This document shows positions 1-12,650 of a DNA stretch of 64,000 nucleotides, piece by piece. The stretch spans positions 186,001 to 250,000 of the forward strand of contig QPMI01000416.1 of assembly GCA_004431415.1 (NCBI GenBank). Reading direction: 5' to 3'. Position 1 is the stretch's first letter. Each line of letters begins with the position of its first letter. The position numbers were made by a program, and so were the translations under genes. The notes under the pieces were generated by a model. It was not told the origin of the DNA and made no database searches. It saw only the letters and a list, made by a program, of their open reading frames with translations. This stretch comes from Cyanophora paradoxa CCMP329. Its lineage: Eukaryota; Plantae; Glaucophyta.

Positions 1-3000
1 GAGGGCGCCGCGGGCTCGTGCATGTGATCAGATCACTCACCGGCCGCGAGTCGTCCTTGGAGCGCGTCGCGAACTCGACCTCGCGCCCCTTGGAGCCCAC
101 CGCGCGGCCCAGCGACGCAGCCTGCCGAGCGAGCGAGGAAGGTTCGATCCTGATTCGATCTGGCCTCGGCCGATTTGATCTCGATAGAACGACGTACCCG
201 GATCGCCTCGCGGGTCTCGGCGGCGTGCTGAGGGTCCACCACAGAGTCCACGAAGCACTTGCCTGGGGGGGGTACGAGCGGCGTCGGTGAGTGCGGGAGG
301 GTGGGCGGAGGGGCGGAGGGTACGCGGACCGAGCATGGCGGCGCGCGTCAGCCCGAAGAGCTCCTCCGCCTGCAAACGAAGAAGGGGTCAGAGGGGGGTG
401 GGGGAGGGTGCAAGTACCGACGTAAGAGCGCTTGGTAAAGGGACCGACGCCCCCGCCAAGTTTTTTTTCTAAGATATAAGAGCCGTCTAAGAACGCCCGC
501 CCGCCCGCCGCCCCCCGCCTCCGCCCCCGGCCCCGCCCCCGCCCCGCTTGCCTTGGGGTTCCAGTCGGCGATGAGGCCGTCGCGGCAGAGGGTGATCACG
601 GGCACCGTCACCGCCTCCATCAGCTGCTTCAGGTCTGCGCGGGGCGGGGCGGGGCGGGTCGGGGCATGTCACGAGACCAGCTACTACGCTAGGAACTAGT
701 TCCTAGGGCGGGGGCGGGGCGGGCGGGGCGGGCGACTCGGGTCCGGTCGGATCGGGTCGGGTGAGCGCGAGGCGGGTCACGGGATTAGCTACTAGGCTAG
801 GAACTAACTAGTTCCTAGGGCCGGTCGGCTTTTTAGCTCGGCCCCTCGGCCCCTCGGCCCCTCGGCTCCCTAGCTCGGGGCGGGGCAGGGTGGGGCGGTG
901 CGGGGCGGGGCGGGGCAGGGAAAAGCGTAAAAAGCGTACCCTGGGAGACGAGCTTGAGCTGCCGCGAGACGCCGAGCTTCTCGTTCAGGCCCCACACGCT
1001 CCGCTGCGGGGGGGGGGAAGGTGGGGGGGGGGGGGGGGGGGGAGGGGGGGCGAAGGGGAGGGCGAGGGAAGGGCCCGGCCGCCGTCAGCCTTCTCGGATG
1101 GGGGAGGCGGGGGAAGAGAAGGGGGGTACGGGAGTACCAGGACGGAGAGGGCGGCGAAGTCTCCCGGGCCGAAGTATTCGCTCTGGCCCTTCGTGTATTC
1201 CACCCTGGAGGGGAAAATCAGACCAGATCAGATCAGACAGGATCAGATCAGATCAGATCGCATCGGATTGGATGCGGAGGCGTTGTGAGGGGGGCGAACT
1301 AGCATCACCACGATAGGAGAGAGGGCATAGCCTCTCATGAGAATACAAGAGAGACTATAAGCTCTCTTTATACTGAAGTGTTCTCGGCTTAGCTAGCTAA
1401 TGCGCACCAGAGCTCGAAAGAGTCGCGGGGGTTGAGGTGCCGCCCGGGGCTCTTCAGGTCGGCCTCGCGCCCCGCCCACTTGCGCGTCGTCGAGAGCTCC
1501 TCGCGAAAGTACATCACGATCGACCCTGCGCGGGTGGATTCGACACGTCAGAGACGCACGTCGGCTTAGCGGACCAGAGACGCAGAAGCTCGAGCGCCGG
1601 CCGCAGCGTTAGTTGGTTAGTTGGCCCCTGCTTCACGCACCGCTTGAGAGGCGCGTGGCGAGGACGCCGCAGATCCCCTTGGGCGGGGGTATGCTCGACG
1701 GGATGTCCCGGGTCTGGCAGGAGGGTGGGAAAGAGTTAGTCAGGAAAGAAAGAGTTAGTTAGTCTAAGATCTTGAGATCCAAAAGGATCCATTAAAAGAA
1801 GGCCCTTGATCTGAGGTCGCACCCAGAAGTCGGAGGCGAAGACCTCGTCCTGGCCCGCCGAGGCCCGCTTCACGCACTCGCGCTCCACGAAGGCCGCAAG
1901 GTGCAGCACCTGCCGGCGCGGCGGGGCGGGATCAGGCTCGGGGAGGGCTGCCGGGCTCGCCTCGGCTCGCTAGTGGGACCCTCTAAAAGACCGCCCGAGC
2001 GCCCGGGCCGGCGAACCGCCTCTCTCCGGGGGCAGTTCCGCTAGCGGGCCCGGCTCTCGCTAGCGGGACTCGGGCCCCCGGGCTAGCTAGCCAGGCTTTG
2101 TCTCGGCTGCCCTTCGGTTCGGCTCGGCGGGGCGGGGCGGGGCGCGGCGCGGCGGGGCGGGGCGGGGCGGGGCGGGGGACGCTAGCTAGGGGATGGTGCC
2201 CCCGAGGGAGGGATGCTAGGAGATCGGTGCCCCGATGCGCTGGCGGGGCCATCTAGAAGACCGCCCTCAAGGGCAGGGCGCCCGGGCCCTCTAGAAGGCC
2301 GCCCGGGCGCCTAGGCGCAAGTGCGCACCGACTCTCTCCGGGGGCAGTTCCCCGTCGCCTCGTACTCGCAGACCTGAGATCGGATCGGATCGGATCAGAT
2401 CAGATCAGATCAGATCGGAGCAGGTGAGCCGACCTCCTCCCCGTCCGCCGCCTCCTGGAGCTGCCGCGTACCCCCCGCCGACGCCAGCGCGACCCCGCAG
2501 CACGTAATTAGATCCTGCCGACTCGCCCCTCAGCGCATACGGAAGGAAGCAATCAAGCAAGCAAGCAAGAAAGGGAGGAGGGGGCGCGCGCGCCTTCACG
2601 CTGGGGTCCGACGAGAAGAGTGCCTTCAGAAAAGTCTGGTGCCGCCCGCTCTTCTGCGCGCTCTCCAGGAGCGCCGCGTGCAGCTCCCGCGCCTTGGTAT
2701 CTGCCCGCCGGTACTGCCGCTCCTGTACCCAGGCGATCTGCGAGGCCAGAACCTGCCCGGCCGGCCCCGCCGGAGTCGGATTCGGATTCGGGAGTGAGGG
2801 AGGGGGGAGCAGCGAGGGGGGGTAGCGGGGCGAACCATGACGAAGTTGTTGCACGCGAGCCGGGTACGCCGGTCGCAGTACTTCGGCGTGTGGTTGTGGC
2901 TGCGCCTCAGGCTCAGCGGGACGGGACGGGGGCCGGAGCGCAGGGGGGGTACGGCACGCACCACACGAAGAGGCCCCATAGGCTCCCGGATATGACAATC

Positions 3001-4431
3001 GAGTTGACGATAGTCGCTTGTACCCCCTGCGCGGCGGCGTTGGCTTGGGGATGGCTGCTGCGGGACCGGGACCCAGGCGGGTGTTGGGTACCATGTTCTT
3101 GAGGTACTGGAGGTGGCCTGGGGGGTAGAGCAACCGGCATGAGCGCGGAAAAGGGGACGCGAGGGGGGGGGGGAAGTACAGGGGGATACGGAGCGAAGGG
3201 TGCTCCGAGCGAGGTCGAGGGGCGGTTGCTCGGGGTGGGACAGGATGGCGACCGGGGCTGCGGGGCGGCAAAGCGCGGTCGGTCGCCACGGAGGCGCACA
3301 AGCTGCCGTACCCCTCACGCACGGGTACAGACGTCGGGGATGGCGCGGAAGCGATTGAGCATGAAGAAACCGCGGGCGGCGGGGGGGATGTCCTGAGGGG
3401 GGGAGGAAGCAAGCAGCGGTTAGCCGCGAGACCGCGAAAGGGGGGTTGGGGAAGGGAGGAGGGGCTACGCGGACCATCCCGGGGAAGCTCATGCCTAGCA
3501 GGGGGGCACGCGTGTCGTCGCGGAGGCACTGCAGGGGGGTCGTCCGGGGAGACGGGGGGAAGGCCGAGGGGGGTACAGGTATCGGACCTCGGCGATGACC
3601 TGGCCGTCTTTCTGGGAGTCGAACCGGTAGATCATGCACCTGCCGGGATTCGAACCCGGGGCCGCGGGATCCGGGCGGGCGCGCGGGGGTACCGATCGAA
3701 TCGGACGATGTCCGCGAAGAGGGGTATGAGCCCCTGAACTAGGTCTTCGACGCTCGTAGACTCCTCAGCCATTTCTGATACCCCGCGGGCTCGGAGGGCG
3801 CGGCAAGGGGGGGTGGGGGGTACTCGCGCACGCATAGAACGAGCGGACAGGCAGGCCATATCCTCGTTGAAATTCGGAGACAGCGGGCTGCGGCGCCGCC
3901 GGTCGGCCTCGCCGGTCGACGCACCGCGCGCGGGGGCCGAGGCGGCGCGGCGCGGAGGGGCGGGGCGGGGCCGGGCGGGCGGTGCGCACGGGGCGCCGGG
4001 TATGGGCGACGCGAGCGGCTCGAGCTCCACGATGCACTCTGCGGGGGATCCGTCCGGACTCGGCTCGGTCGCGTGCAGCAGACCCGACCATTCTGCGCGC
4101 CCCCGCTCAAGCAGGGTCTGCATCGGCGGAGCGCGGCGGAGCGGCGCGGCGCGCACCGACGCCGTTGACCGTGGAAAGGCGGAGCTCGACGGGTACGGCG
4201 ACAGAGGCCGGGGGGGAGGCGGCCGGCCGCGACCGGAGCGAGGAGAGGGCGCCGACGACGGCCAACAGCGAGTCTGGCGCGAGCACGGACGAGAGCGGGC
4301 CGCCGAGGGCCGACTCCGCAGGGACGCCGATGAGCTCGCCCAGGTTGGCGGAGACGCGCCGAACGAGGGGCACCGCACCATCGTCCAACCGAACTGCGCG
4401 AGGCCGCCTCGGGCCGGCGCAACGCAAGGCG

Positions 4432-4472
<41 letters not shown>

Positions 4473-4795
4473 AGGCGGGCCAGACGCACGCGCGATGAGG
4501 ATGCCGTGCGCCTGGACCTTCCCGACGTGCCGGAGCGAGGAGGGGTCCTGGGCGCAGCCGGCGCGGCAAGTCGGCGCGGGCCTTGCGGGCTGGCGGGAGC
4601 GGCACGCGGGGGCGGGAATGCGGCGGGAAGGCCTGGAATGCGCACCCTCCAGTAGGGCGGGAGCTCCTGGAGGCGCTGCGTCTCCTTTGAGGCGCGGTAC
4701 CGCTCCGGTCGGGGGTCCGCCATGGGGCCCCGCCATCCAGGAGCGGAGGAGCCATCAAGCGTCCCCGCCGAGACCACCGCCGGCTCGACGAGCAT
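1..4795 (-). CDS. PHY: Phytochrome (PAS2-GAF-PHY-PAS...), multi-exon, 3' end outside window
   Basis: Minus-strand exons joined at GT-AG introns give ordered phytochrome motifs: HVGKVQAHGILIA and VRRVSANL (PAS2), IVELEP, RFDR-IMIYRFDSQKDGQVIAE, LLGMSFPGM-DIPPAARGFFMLNRFRAIPDV, PLDLARSTLRSVSPC-HLQYLKNM, LWGLFV-CHNHTPK, DLITCCGVAL, YFREE...KWAG...HLNPRDSFELW (PRDSF at 1416-1430), then a PAS domain (VPVITLCRDGLIADWNPK-AEELFG). Start is ATG 4795 or 4723. Confidence 0.93.
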
Positions 4796-5330
4796 CGCGC
4801 CGCGATTCGCGCGGCCACGGCGCCTCTTCAAACAAACAGAGATTCCCCCGATCTAATCAAGCGTCGTCCAGGTTACGGACGCCGCGTGCTGCGGTTGTCG
4901 AATCGAAGCAGCGGCGAATCTACGAGGCCCTTCACTTAGATGGCTTCGGCCATGCACGCTGGTGGGTATGCTGAGTCCGCAGGTCACCGCGCGCTAACTC
5001 CGCCGGCCGCGCGCCGCAGCTGTCACGCCTGATTTGGTGACCGCGCCCGAGTCGCGCGCGGGAGCTCCGATCCCCGCTCCTAGTTGGTGCTACTAGTACA
5101 TGACAAGCTGCAACTGCCTTGCTGCAGCTGCGCATGTGCATGCGGGACGCGGCGGGAGCCGAGGCCTAGCTGGAGCTGTAGCATGTACATGTAGGCCTCT
5201 CAGCTGGAGGAGGGTCATGCATGCAGGTGTATCCCGCTTGTACCCCAACCACCCACCTTACCGCCGTGAAGTTACCGGCCGATTGCGCATGCAAGTACTA
5301 GTAATGGAAAAACGAAAAAGTTCGGAAAAA

Positions 5331-5766
5331 CTTTTTTTTGAGAGACTACGGTGGGGCGAACCCCCCGTAGGTAGTAATATTAGGGACAACAAAGCAATCA
5401 CAAATCAAAGAAACAGGAAACTAGCACAAAATACAGAATCAAGAGGGATCACGAGAAGGGACACGATCAGAAGAACGCAAAAGATAAGGAGAACGAGCAC
5501 GAGGAGAAGGAGTAGAAGAGCTCAGGGACGTCGACGCAGAAGTACTAGTCACACTACGAGGAGCACGGGGACGCAGCGAATAAGGAGAACGAGCACGAGG
5601 AACTACAGTCGAAGACGAAGATCTAGACGAAGACGACAAGACAGAGCTAACAGCAGAACTAGAAGACGTAGTCGCAGGAGGCAGATCGAGAGGTGGCAGA
5701 ACAGTAGGAGAGGCGAAACGTAGGACACCACTAGAGGGGAGAATCAAAGCTGGCGGAGTGTCTAAA
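5331..5766 (-). mobile_element. Short non-LTR retroelement (5'-truncated LINE or SINE)
   Basis: Flanked by CGGAAAAA direct repeat (5323-5330, 5767-5774). The minus-strand 3' end is a hairpin (CTACGGGGGG-TTCG-CCCCACCGTAG) followed by a poly(A) run. Strong purine/pyrimidine skew. Confidence 0.6.
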
Positions 5767-5974
5767 CGGAAAAATTTTTAACCCTTCTGAACTTTAATAA
5801 AAATGTATATAATCTACATATATATCATTTAGATATGCATAATGAAACATCGATATATATATATATCGATCGATCGACATCTATTCTGGTTACGCACGTG
5901 CACGTGCACGTACCCCAACCGAACGTGCACGTGGATCCGGACGTCAGCCCAACGAAGGTTGCAAAACTTGAAAA

Positions 5975-7751
5975 ATGTCGAATGGTTCATTCATCTCATT
6001 AGCCGGTACCCCAAACACGGCCTTCACCCCCCTCATCGCGTCGTACCCCATCGCAATGCCGTCGCCTGCACTCTTTGCCTGCTCGTCGGCGGCCGCCATC
6101 GCGGTGCTTGCAGGCGCTACACAGAGACCACAGCTCATCGCCGCCAGCTCCCGCTCCCCGGCGGCCAATACTCGTTCTCCCGTCGTCCAGCGGCTTCGTA
6201 TCTGCCGTCGGCTTGCCCTTGGAGGTCCTGTTAGGTTCTCAGCTCATGCGGGGCATCCCAAGGCCCTCTTCAGCCCGGTCGCCACTTTCGCCCAGCCCGA
6301 GTTCGAGGACGGCGGCACGGCGCGGATGACTCGAGGTACGTGCACTTTCTTGGTTTAGCGTCCCGCGAGGGCCCCGGTCAAGGGACGCCGGCGCCGGCGC
6401 GCCGGCGCGGATGTGTACGCGATGTCTTGCGCCCTCCCCGCGTGCCATAGCGGCTCGCCGTGCATCAATTCTGCATATATAGACTGTGTGCAGTGTTGCC
6501 TCTGGCTCCCCGCGCGTGTCGCTACCGGTCCCCGCGGCCGATCACAACCGGCTCCCTTCGGATCCCCGCGCGCGTCCTCACCCGGTACCGGTCCACGCGG
6601 CCGATCGCAGAGTTTCGCAACGTGCACGAGGAACTGGCACGCCACCTGAGGCCCGGAGAGAAGCCGAACAGCGACTGGGGCCTCTTCACTTACAGTCTAC
6701 GGGAATTCGTCTCGGTGCGCGTCCGCTGCCACCAACCCTCCCTCCCGATTCTTCTCTAAAGCGCTCGCGCGTTGCGCAGGACTGCGTTGACTGCTACATC
6801 GGCCGCCTGACACTCTCCGCCGTCCTGATCGAGCTCTCTCTGTGCGCGGCTAGCTTCGCGCCGCGCCTCCGCGCGCCGCACTTTCTGGCAGCTGACGAGT
6901 CAACGGCGCGCGCTGCTCGGCCCGCAGCGCGTCTACAACGGATGAGCCGCTCTCCTCGACGCACGTCATGCTGCGGACAGTGTCCGCCTTCGTCGTCTTC
7001 ACGTGCCTGAACGCTCTTAACCTCAGCGACTCCGAAATGAACAGGGTGCGGTCGCGAGGGACCGCGGAGCGCCGAGCGCGGCGCGCCGCGTCTCACGCGC
7101 CCGCCGCCCTCTCGCAGCGCACGCTCTCGCGCCGCTCGAAAGTCTCGAGCGGGGCGCCCGCAGGTCGGATCGCCTGCTCCCCCCCCCCCCCCCCCCCCTA
7201 CCTCCGCCCAACTCTTCTCTGCAGAGTACGCTTTCTACGCCGGCCTCACGCCGGGATGGGCCGAGGAGGATTTCATCACCGCCCGGGACTGGATCGAGAG
7301 TGCGCAGCTCGAATTCGACTTCGATCCGCCTCGGAAATTCGGTCGATCGATCGCGATTTGATCCCCGCGCGCGCGCCGCAGCGGTCGTGCTCTGCCGCCG
7401 GCTCGGGCGGGCCGCCGGCGCCTCGGGGGAGCGGGGGCAGCTGGACGCGCTGTACGCGGCCGCGGAGGCGGAGGGCGGCGCTTCCGAAGAGTTCCAAGAC
7501 TTCCGCCGCGCCCAGGTGCACGCGCGCGCCCGCGCGCCCATTTCCTTCTTCTTCTTCTTCTTCTGGATCAAATGTTTTACATTTGAAACGAGCTCTACCC
7601 CTCAAGCTTGAACCTATGGTCAGATCTCGGTTGCTGAATCCTGATGCTTCTTTCCGATCCACTTCAGATCCTGCTCCTGGAGACGCTGGCGGCGACGCTC
7701 GAGGCGGCCTCGGACGGCGCCGGGCGCCTGAGCGCTTCCCTTCGTGACTGA
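5975..7751 (+). CDS. Hypothetical multi-exon protein, possible organelle-targeting N-terminus
   Basis: Protein-like exons bounded by GT-AG (EFRNVHEELARHLRPGEKPNSDWGLFTYSLREFVS; MLRTVSAFVVFTCLNALNLSDSEMNR; EYAFYAGLTPGWAEEDFITARDWIE; ILLLETLAATLEAA...RD*). Ala/Ser-rich N-terminus. No recognised domain. Confidence 0.45.
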
Positions 7752-8280
7752 GCCCCTTTCTTCCCTCCCCCCCCCCCCCCCCCCCCCACCCACCCCCCTC
7801 TCCCTCTCTCTCGGCGCGGCCGGCCGCTGCCTCTCTAAGGCCTGCCTGTACAGTGCTCGGCTGCAGTGTAGCCTCCTGGTGCGCGTGGCTCTCCTGCAGC
7901 TGTATACTACGTAGTGTAAAGCTAGGCCTAGCTAGGTTTAGATCCGCGCGGGATCGTTGCAACTGTGAGACCGCATGTACTCTCTTTATTTATCTTGTAG
8001 ACTCATCTTCGTATATTCAGATCCTGTACTATATATATACGATGTTGATTTCAGTTCCCCTTTAATTTCATCGTTCGTAGGACTACTCGTCGAAATTAAC
8101 TTTTTAAACTTCTGTTGTTGTAATTGTACAAATGCCGCAGTACTAGTACAGTGCCGCAGATCCCCCGCGCGGCTGCATGCACCCAGCCCGAGCGCGCCAG
8201 CGCACGCGTAATTATAACTAATAACTGCGTTTTCACGCCTTGCTAGCTAGCGCTCGCTGACTAGCGCTAGCTAGCTATAG

Positions 8281-11200
8281 CTAGCCCTTTGGCGCCGGGA
8301 GGCCCAGGCCCATGGCCAGGGGCCGGAGCACGAGGATAGCGTTGGGCACGAGCCCCGCCTCCCGCAGCGTCTGCTTCGGGTCCGCGTACGCCTGCAGGGG
8401 GGAATGAGTTCGGGGGGGAAGAATCTGCGGGGGGGGGTACGAGACTGTAAGGACCTGGTTGGGGAACGCGGTCCGGATCTCGAAGTCGGGGGCGTCCTTC
8501 GGCCGCTGCCGCTGCAGATGCTCCCGCAGCGCTCCGATCTGAACGAACGAAGTTCGGCGAGTCAAAGGAACGGAACGGGGGTACAGAAATCGCCGCAGCT
8601 TACCGTGTCGTCGGCGCGGAGCTTGAGGAGGAACGTTCGCTTCCCGTCGTCCGATTTGACCCGAAGCGTCGCGATGTCCCTGGCTCGAGTTCAGGCGGGG
8701 AGGATTCCGAACGTGCGAAAAAAGCCCGGGTAGGGGATTGGGTTTGCCTGGGGGTACGGAGGTGGGCGCTGGAGGGCCGCTCCTGCCCTTCAGATGGAGA
8801 AGGCTCCTTCCCCGCGGCATCTGGAAAAGAATGAATTCAGCCTGAAAGGAAAAGGCCAGATCGGAAGGGAGGCGCCTCGTATGAGCTTGAGGGTCGGGGT
8901 CTCGATCACGATCACGCCGCCGTCCTCCCCGCCGGCCGCCGGCGGCTCCCGCCCCTGCCCGCTTGAAGTAAGCAAAACAAGAATACCGAAAAGAAAGCAG
9001 AAAAGAAGAAAGGAAGGCGCCTTGAGCAGGGAATCGATGTCGTCGCGGACGGATACGACGCGACCGTTCCTCACGACGTTCTTCGGGAGCCGGTTCAGGA
9101 ACTCGTTCCTCTCCATGGGCCGGTTCGGGTCCTGCCGGGAACATTTCTGGTTTGGGGATGGAATGGGAAAGAGTCTAGTGGGGGTACCGGACCTTCAGGG
9201 AATCGACGTCGCGGAGGCGGGCGGCGAGGGGCGCGTTGGGGTCGGCGACGGACGCCCGCGGGGGGTACGGCGGCGCCGCCGAGGACGGGGCGGGGGCGGG
9301 GGCAGAGGCGGAGGCGGAGGCCGGCCCGGGCGGCGGGTGCGGATGCGGGGCGGCGGGGGCGGTGGGTACGGGGAAGGAAGAGGATGCCGGGGCGTGGGGG
9401 GGTACAGATGAGGAGGAGGAGGAGGAAGGGGCGTCGGCGATCGCGCCCGCGGCCGCCTGCTGCGGGGGGCTTCAGCGTACCCCGGAGATGGAGGGGGGGG
9501 TACAGCGGCGCACCCGGGAGATCGCGGCGGCGAGGACGGGGTGCGCCCCAGCGGGGGACGCGCGGTCCTCGGCGCGAGAGACGAGGGCCCGGCCCTCCCC
9601 GCTGCGGGGCCGTCTCAGAAGCTCGAAAGGGGGGTACAAGAAAAGCTGCGGGTACGTCGGCGCGCCTGAACGGCTGGAACGGGGCCTCGTACTCCTGGTG
9701 CGTGTTGTCCACGAGCTTGATCGGCACTGTACCCCGCCCTGGCGTGGGCGGCCGGCCGCGGATGGGTGATCGGGAGGGGGTACGGTTGCACCACCGTCAG
9801 GGTACTGCTCCTTGAGCTCGTAAGGGAAGTAGCTGCAGCGAGGGAGAGCCCGGTCACGGCCCGTCCGTCCCGGGTACCGCGAACAACTAAAGGAGGGGGG
9901 GGGGGCCGGATCAAATCAAAACGGCGTACCCGTCGAGCAGGTCGGCCATGGCGGCCCCGCAGGATGCTTCGCTGTACGGCCGAAAGGACGCCGATCCCTG
10001 CGAAGGCGAAAAGGGGGGTCGGCACACCATGGGCCGAGCCTGAGCCGCCGGGCCCGTGGGCCGCCCCGGTGGAACGTTCCCCAGGAGCCTGTTCCGCCGG
10101 AGCGGAGCCCCCGGGGGGTACGAGCGCACGAGGATCATGCCATTGCTGTAGATTGTGAGGAGGATCGGGTCCACCGCCTGCGCCCGGGGCGACCAATCAG
10201 TGCAGAGTCCGACGTCAATGAATTTGATCCGCCTCAAATGGCGACGACGAAAAGAGCGCCGCCTAGCTTCGAGCTTTCCTGCTTACGAGCTTCGGGGAGG
10301 GGGTACAGGACGCACGCGGAGGCGGCGTGCGCCGGCGCGGTGGACGACGGCGGAGGAGCCGTCCCCGGCCATCGCGTTCAGATCCCGCAGGTTCTTGGCC
10401 AGCTGCGTAAAGGTTTCCATTAGACAAAATCAGATTGATTATCGAAAAGAATTAGCTAGAATCTTAGCAGGCTCAGATTGATTATCGAAAAGAATTAGAT
10501 TCTGTCGAGGTCTGCGTGCGCCGCGGAATTAGATTCTGTCGAGGTCTAGGTTCTCTCCAGGCGCCAGTCTTTGGTCTTGTCTGATTCAAGGTTGTCCCTA
10601 GGCGCCGATTCTACGTCTTTCCGCCCCCGCGCCGCCCGGCCCCGAATGGGACAATCTAAAATATGAAAGATGCGCCCCGCCCCGCCTCGCCCCGCCCCGC
10701 CCCGAACGCCCTTACCACATTCACGTCGAAGGGTACCACCAGCTTCTTGAGGGGCGGGGCCGCCGCCGCCGCCGGAGGGGCCGCCCCGTGGCCGCCCGCG
10801 GGGGCGGGGGCCGGCGACCCGTCCGTCCCCTTCTCCCGCGACCGCCTGAAGCGGATCAAATTACATTAGATCAGAGTAGAGCAGATTAGAGTAGAGTAGA
10901 TTAGGAGCGCCGCACCGCATCGGGTTCAGATCCCGGTCCGCCTTGCGGGCGGGCCGCTCCGCGCGGGGCGCGCCCGCCGCATCCTCCCCGTCGCTCGCCG
11001 CGGCCGGCCTGGATGTAGGGTGGGGTACGGGAATATTGGGGTACGGGATTATCGGGGTAGGGGTACGGCGCAGCGCCACCGCGCCGCACCGGGCGCCGGG
11101 GCGGGGCGGCCTCCCGTTGCGGGCGGCCCCCTCATCCTCGCTCTCGCTCCCGTTCCCCACCTGTATCCCGTCCCGCGTCGAACAGCGTACCCCTGCGCCA

Positions 11201-12308
11201 CCCTTCCATCGAGTAGCGGCGTACCCAGATCATGCCGTAGTCGTTTAGGAACCGTTCCATGTCCCGAACCTGCGGGCGGATTCGATTCCGAATTTGAATT
11301 CAAATTCGACCCTCCGAACGCTGCTGCCGAACCTGCTTGCGCAACCGCGCGTTCTCGGTCTGCAGAGGGCGAGAAAGGGTCAGCGATGAGAAAGGGCGAG
11401 CGGCAGCGGCCGAGAAGAGACGCGCGGCCAGGCGGCTAGGCGGCTTGCTTGCCTGCAGGAGCTTGACCTTGTCCTGGGGCCCCGCCCCGCTCGACGCGAC
11501 CTCGCGCGCCGTTGCGAGCTCCTTCTGCAGCTGAGCGATGAGCTGGTCCTGCGTGGACGTCAGGAAGGACGGAATTTGATCCGATGTTAGATTTGATCCG
11601 GCGCGCCTTGATCTGCAGCTCGGAGCGCTGGGACTTCAGCTGCAGCTCCGTGTTCCGAAGGCGCTGCGCCATCGAAGAGAGGAGGTCCGAGTCCCTCACG
11701 GGGCCGCCCGCGCCCGCCCCGGCCGCCGCGTGAGGGTTGGAGTGGACCCGCGGCCGCGGGGGGAGATCCCGGTGCGCTGCTGCTGCTGCTGATGCTGCCG
11801 GCGGCGCCGCCGCCGCTTCCTTGTCTTCGAGGGAGCGCCTCACCGGGTCCCGCTCCCTTCGGGGCTCCCGCGGCTCGCGCGGCGCGAGCACATCCCCGGC
11901 GACGGCTGCTGCCGCGCGCGGCGGTGAGTGAGCTGGCGCCGCAGCGGCTGCGCTGGATCGGAGCGGAGCGGAGCGGACCCTCGGGCGGCGTGGCCGGCCG
12001 CGGCGGGTGGTCCCGCATGAGGTCCTTCAGGACGCGCGCCTCGAGAACCTTGTCCAGGTCATTGAGCTCTGCGGGGCGGCGTCAGCGTGGCGGCGTACGC
12101 GTCCGGGGCGCTCGTGCGGACCGTCCCTGGGGCTGCTGCGGCCTGGAACCGACGGCTGCGACCTGCGCGAGGAGAAGCGGCGCGGGATGCCGTTAGCTAC
12201 CGAGGGGAAGTCGTCGGACCACTTTAGCTGGCCGACCCGAGCAGGCGCAGCGCACCGCTTCTGCTCCCGCGGGAAGCTGAACCGCTTCTGAGCCGGTATG
12301 TTCTGCAT
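8281..12308 (-). CDS. UBXN11: UBX domain-containing protein 11-like (coiled coil, SEP, UBX), multi-exon
   Basis: SEP-like exons LTIYSNGMIL...MADLLDGY-PYELKEQYPDG-PIKLVD; FLNRLPKNVVRNGRVVSVRDDI; IATLRVKSDDGKRTFLLKL; FEIRTAFPN; C-terminal UBX QTLREAGLVPNAILVL. Start codon uncertain. Confidence 0.82.
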
Positions 12309-12650
12309 CCAGAGGGGCAGCGAACGCGCTCTCCTTGCACGGAGCGGGGCGGAGCTCGGGGGCGGGCAGCTGCAAGGCTTCGGATTCTTATCTTCTTTTG
12401 CTAATGGAAGAACTGCACGGTTGGCCTGCACAGCTTGCTCGAACTGCCAGAGCTGGTCCTGGCTGGGTACAAGTGCACGGTCCTACAAAGGTCGCCAAAG
12501 CCACCACGTCTCGGAAGATCGTCTGCGGTGCGGGATTGGTAGTGCACGCATTTCCAGACCCAGCACCGGCCTCTCGCGGATCGACAAGTTGGGCGACTTG
12601 AATTCCAACTGCATCGCCAGCGCCCGCCTCGCCGCTTTCGAGGAGCTGTA

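Noticed and set aside
3640-3670. GGGATTCGAACCCGGG, resembling a tRNA T-arm/B-box
   Set aside because: It lies in a phytochrome intron, with no A-box or cloverleaf.
2405-4974. Long Arg/Pro/Gly-rich ORFs in several frames (similar ones at 17583-19495)
   Set aside because: Shadow ORFs of very GC-rich, intron-containing DNA; the real coding segments are short spliced exons.
5100-5723. 207-aa Arg-rich protamine-like ORF
   Set aside because: It overlaps the antisense strand of a purine-skewed retroelement insertion.
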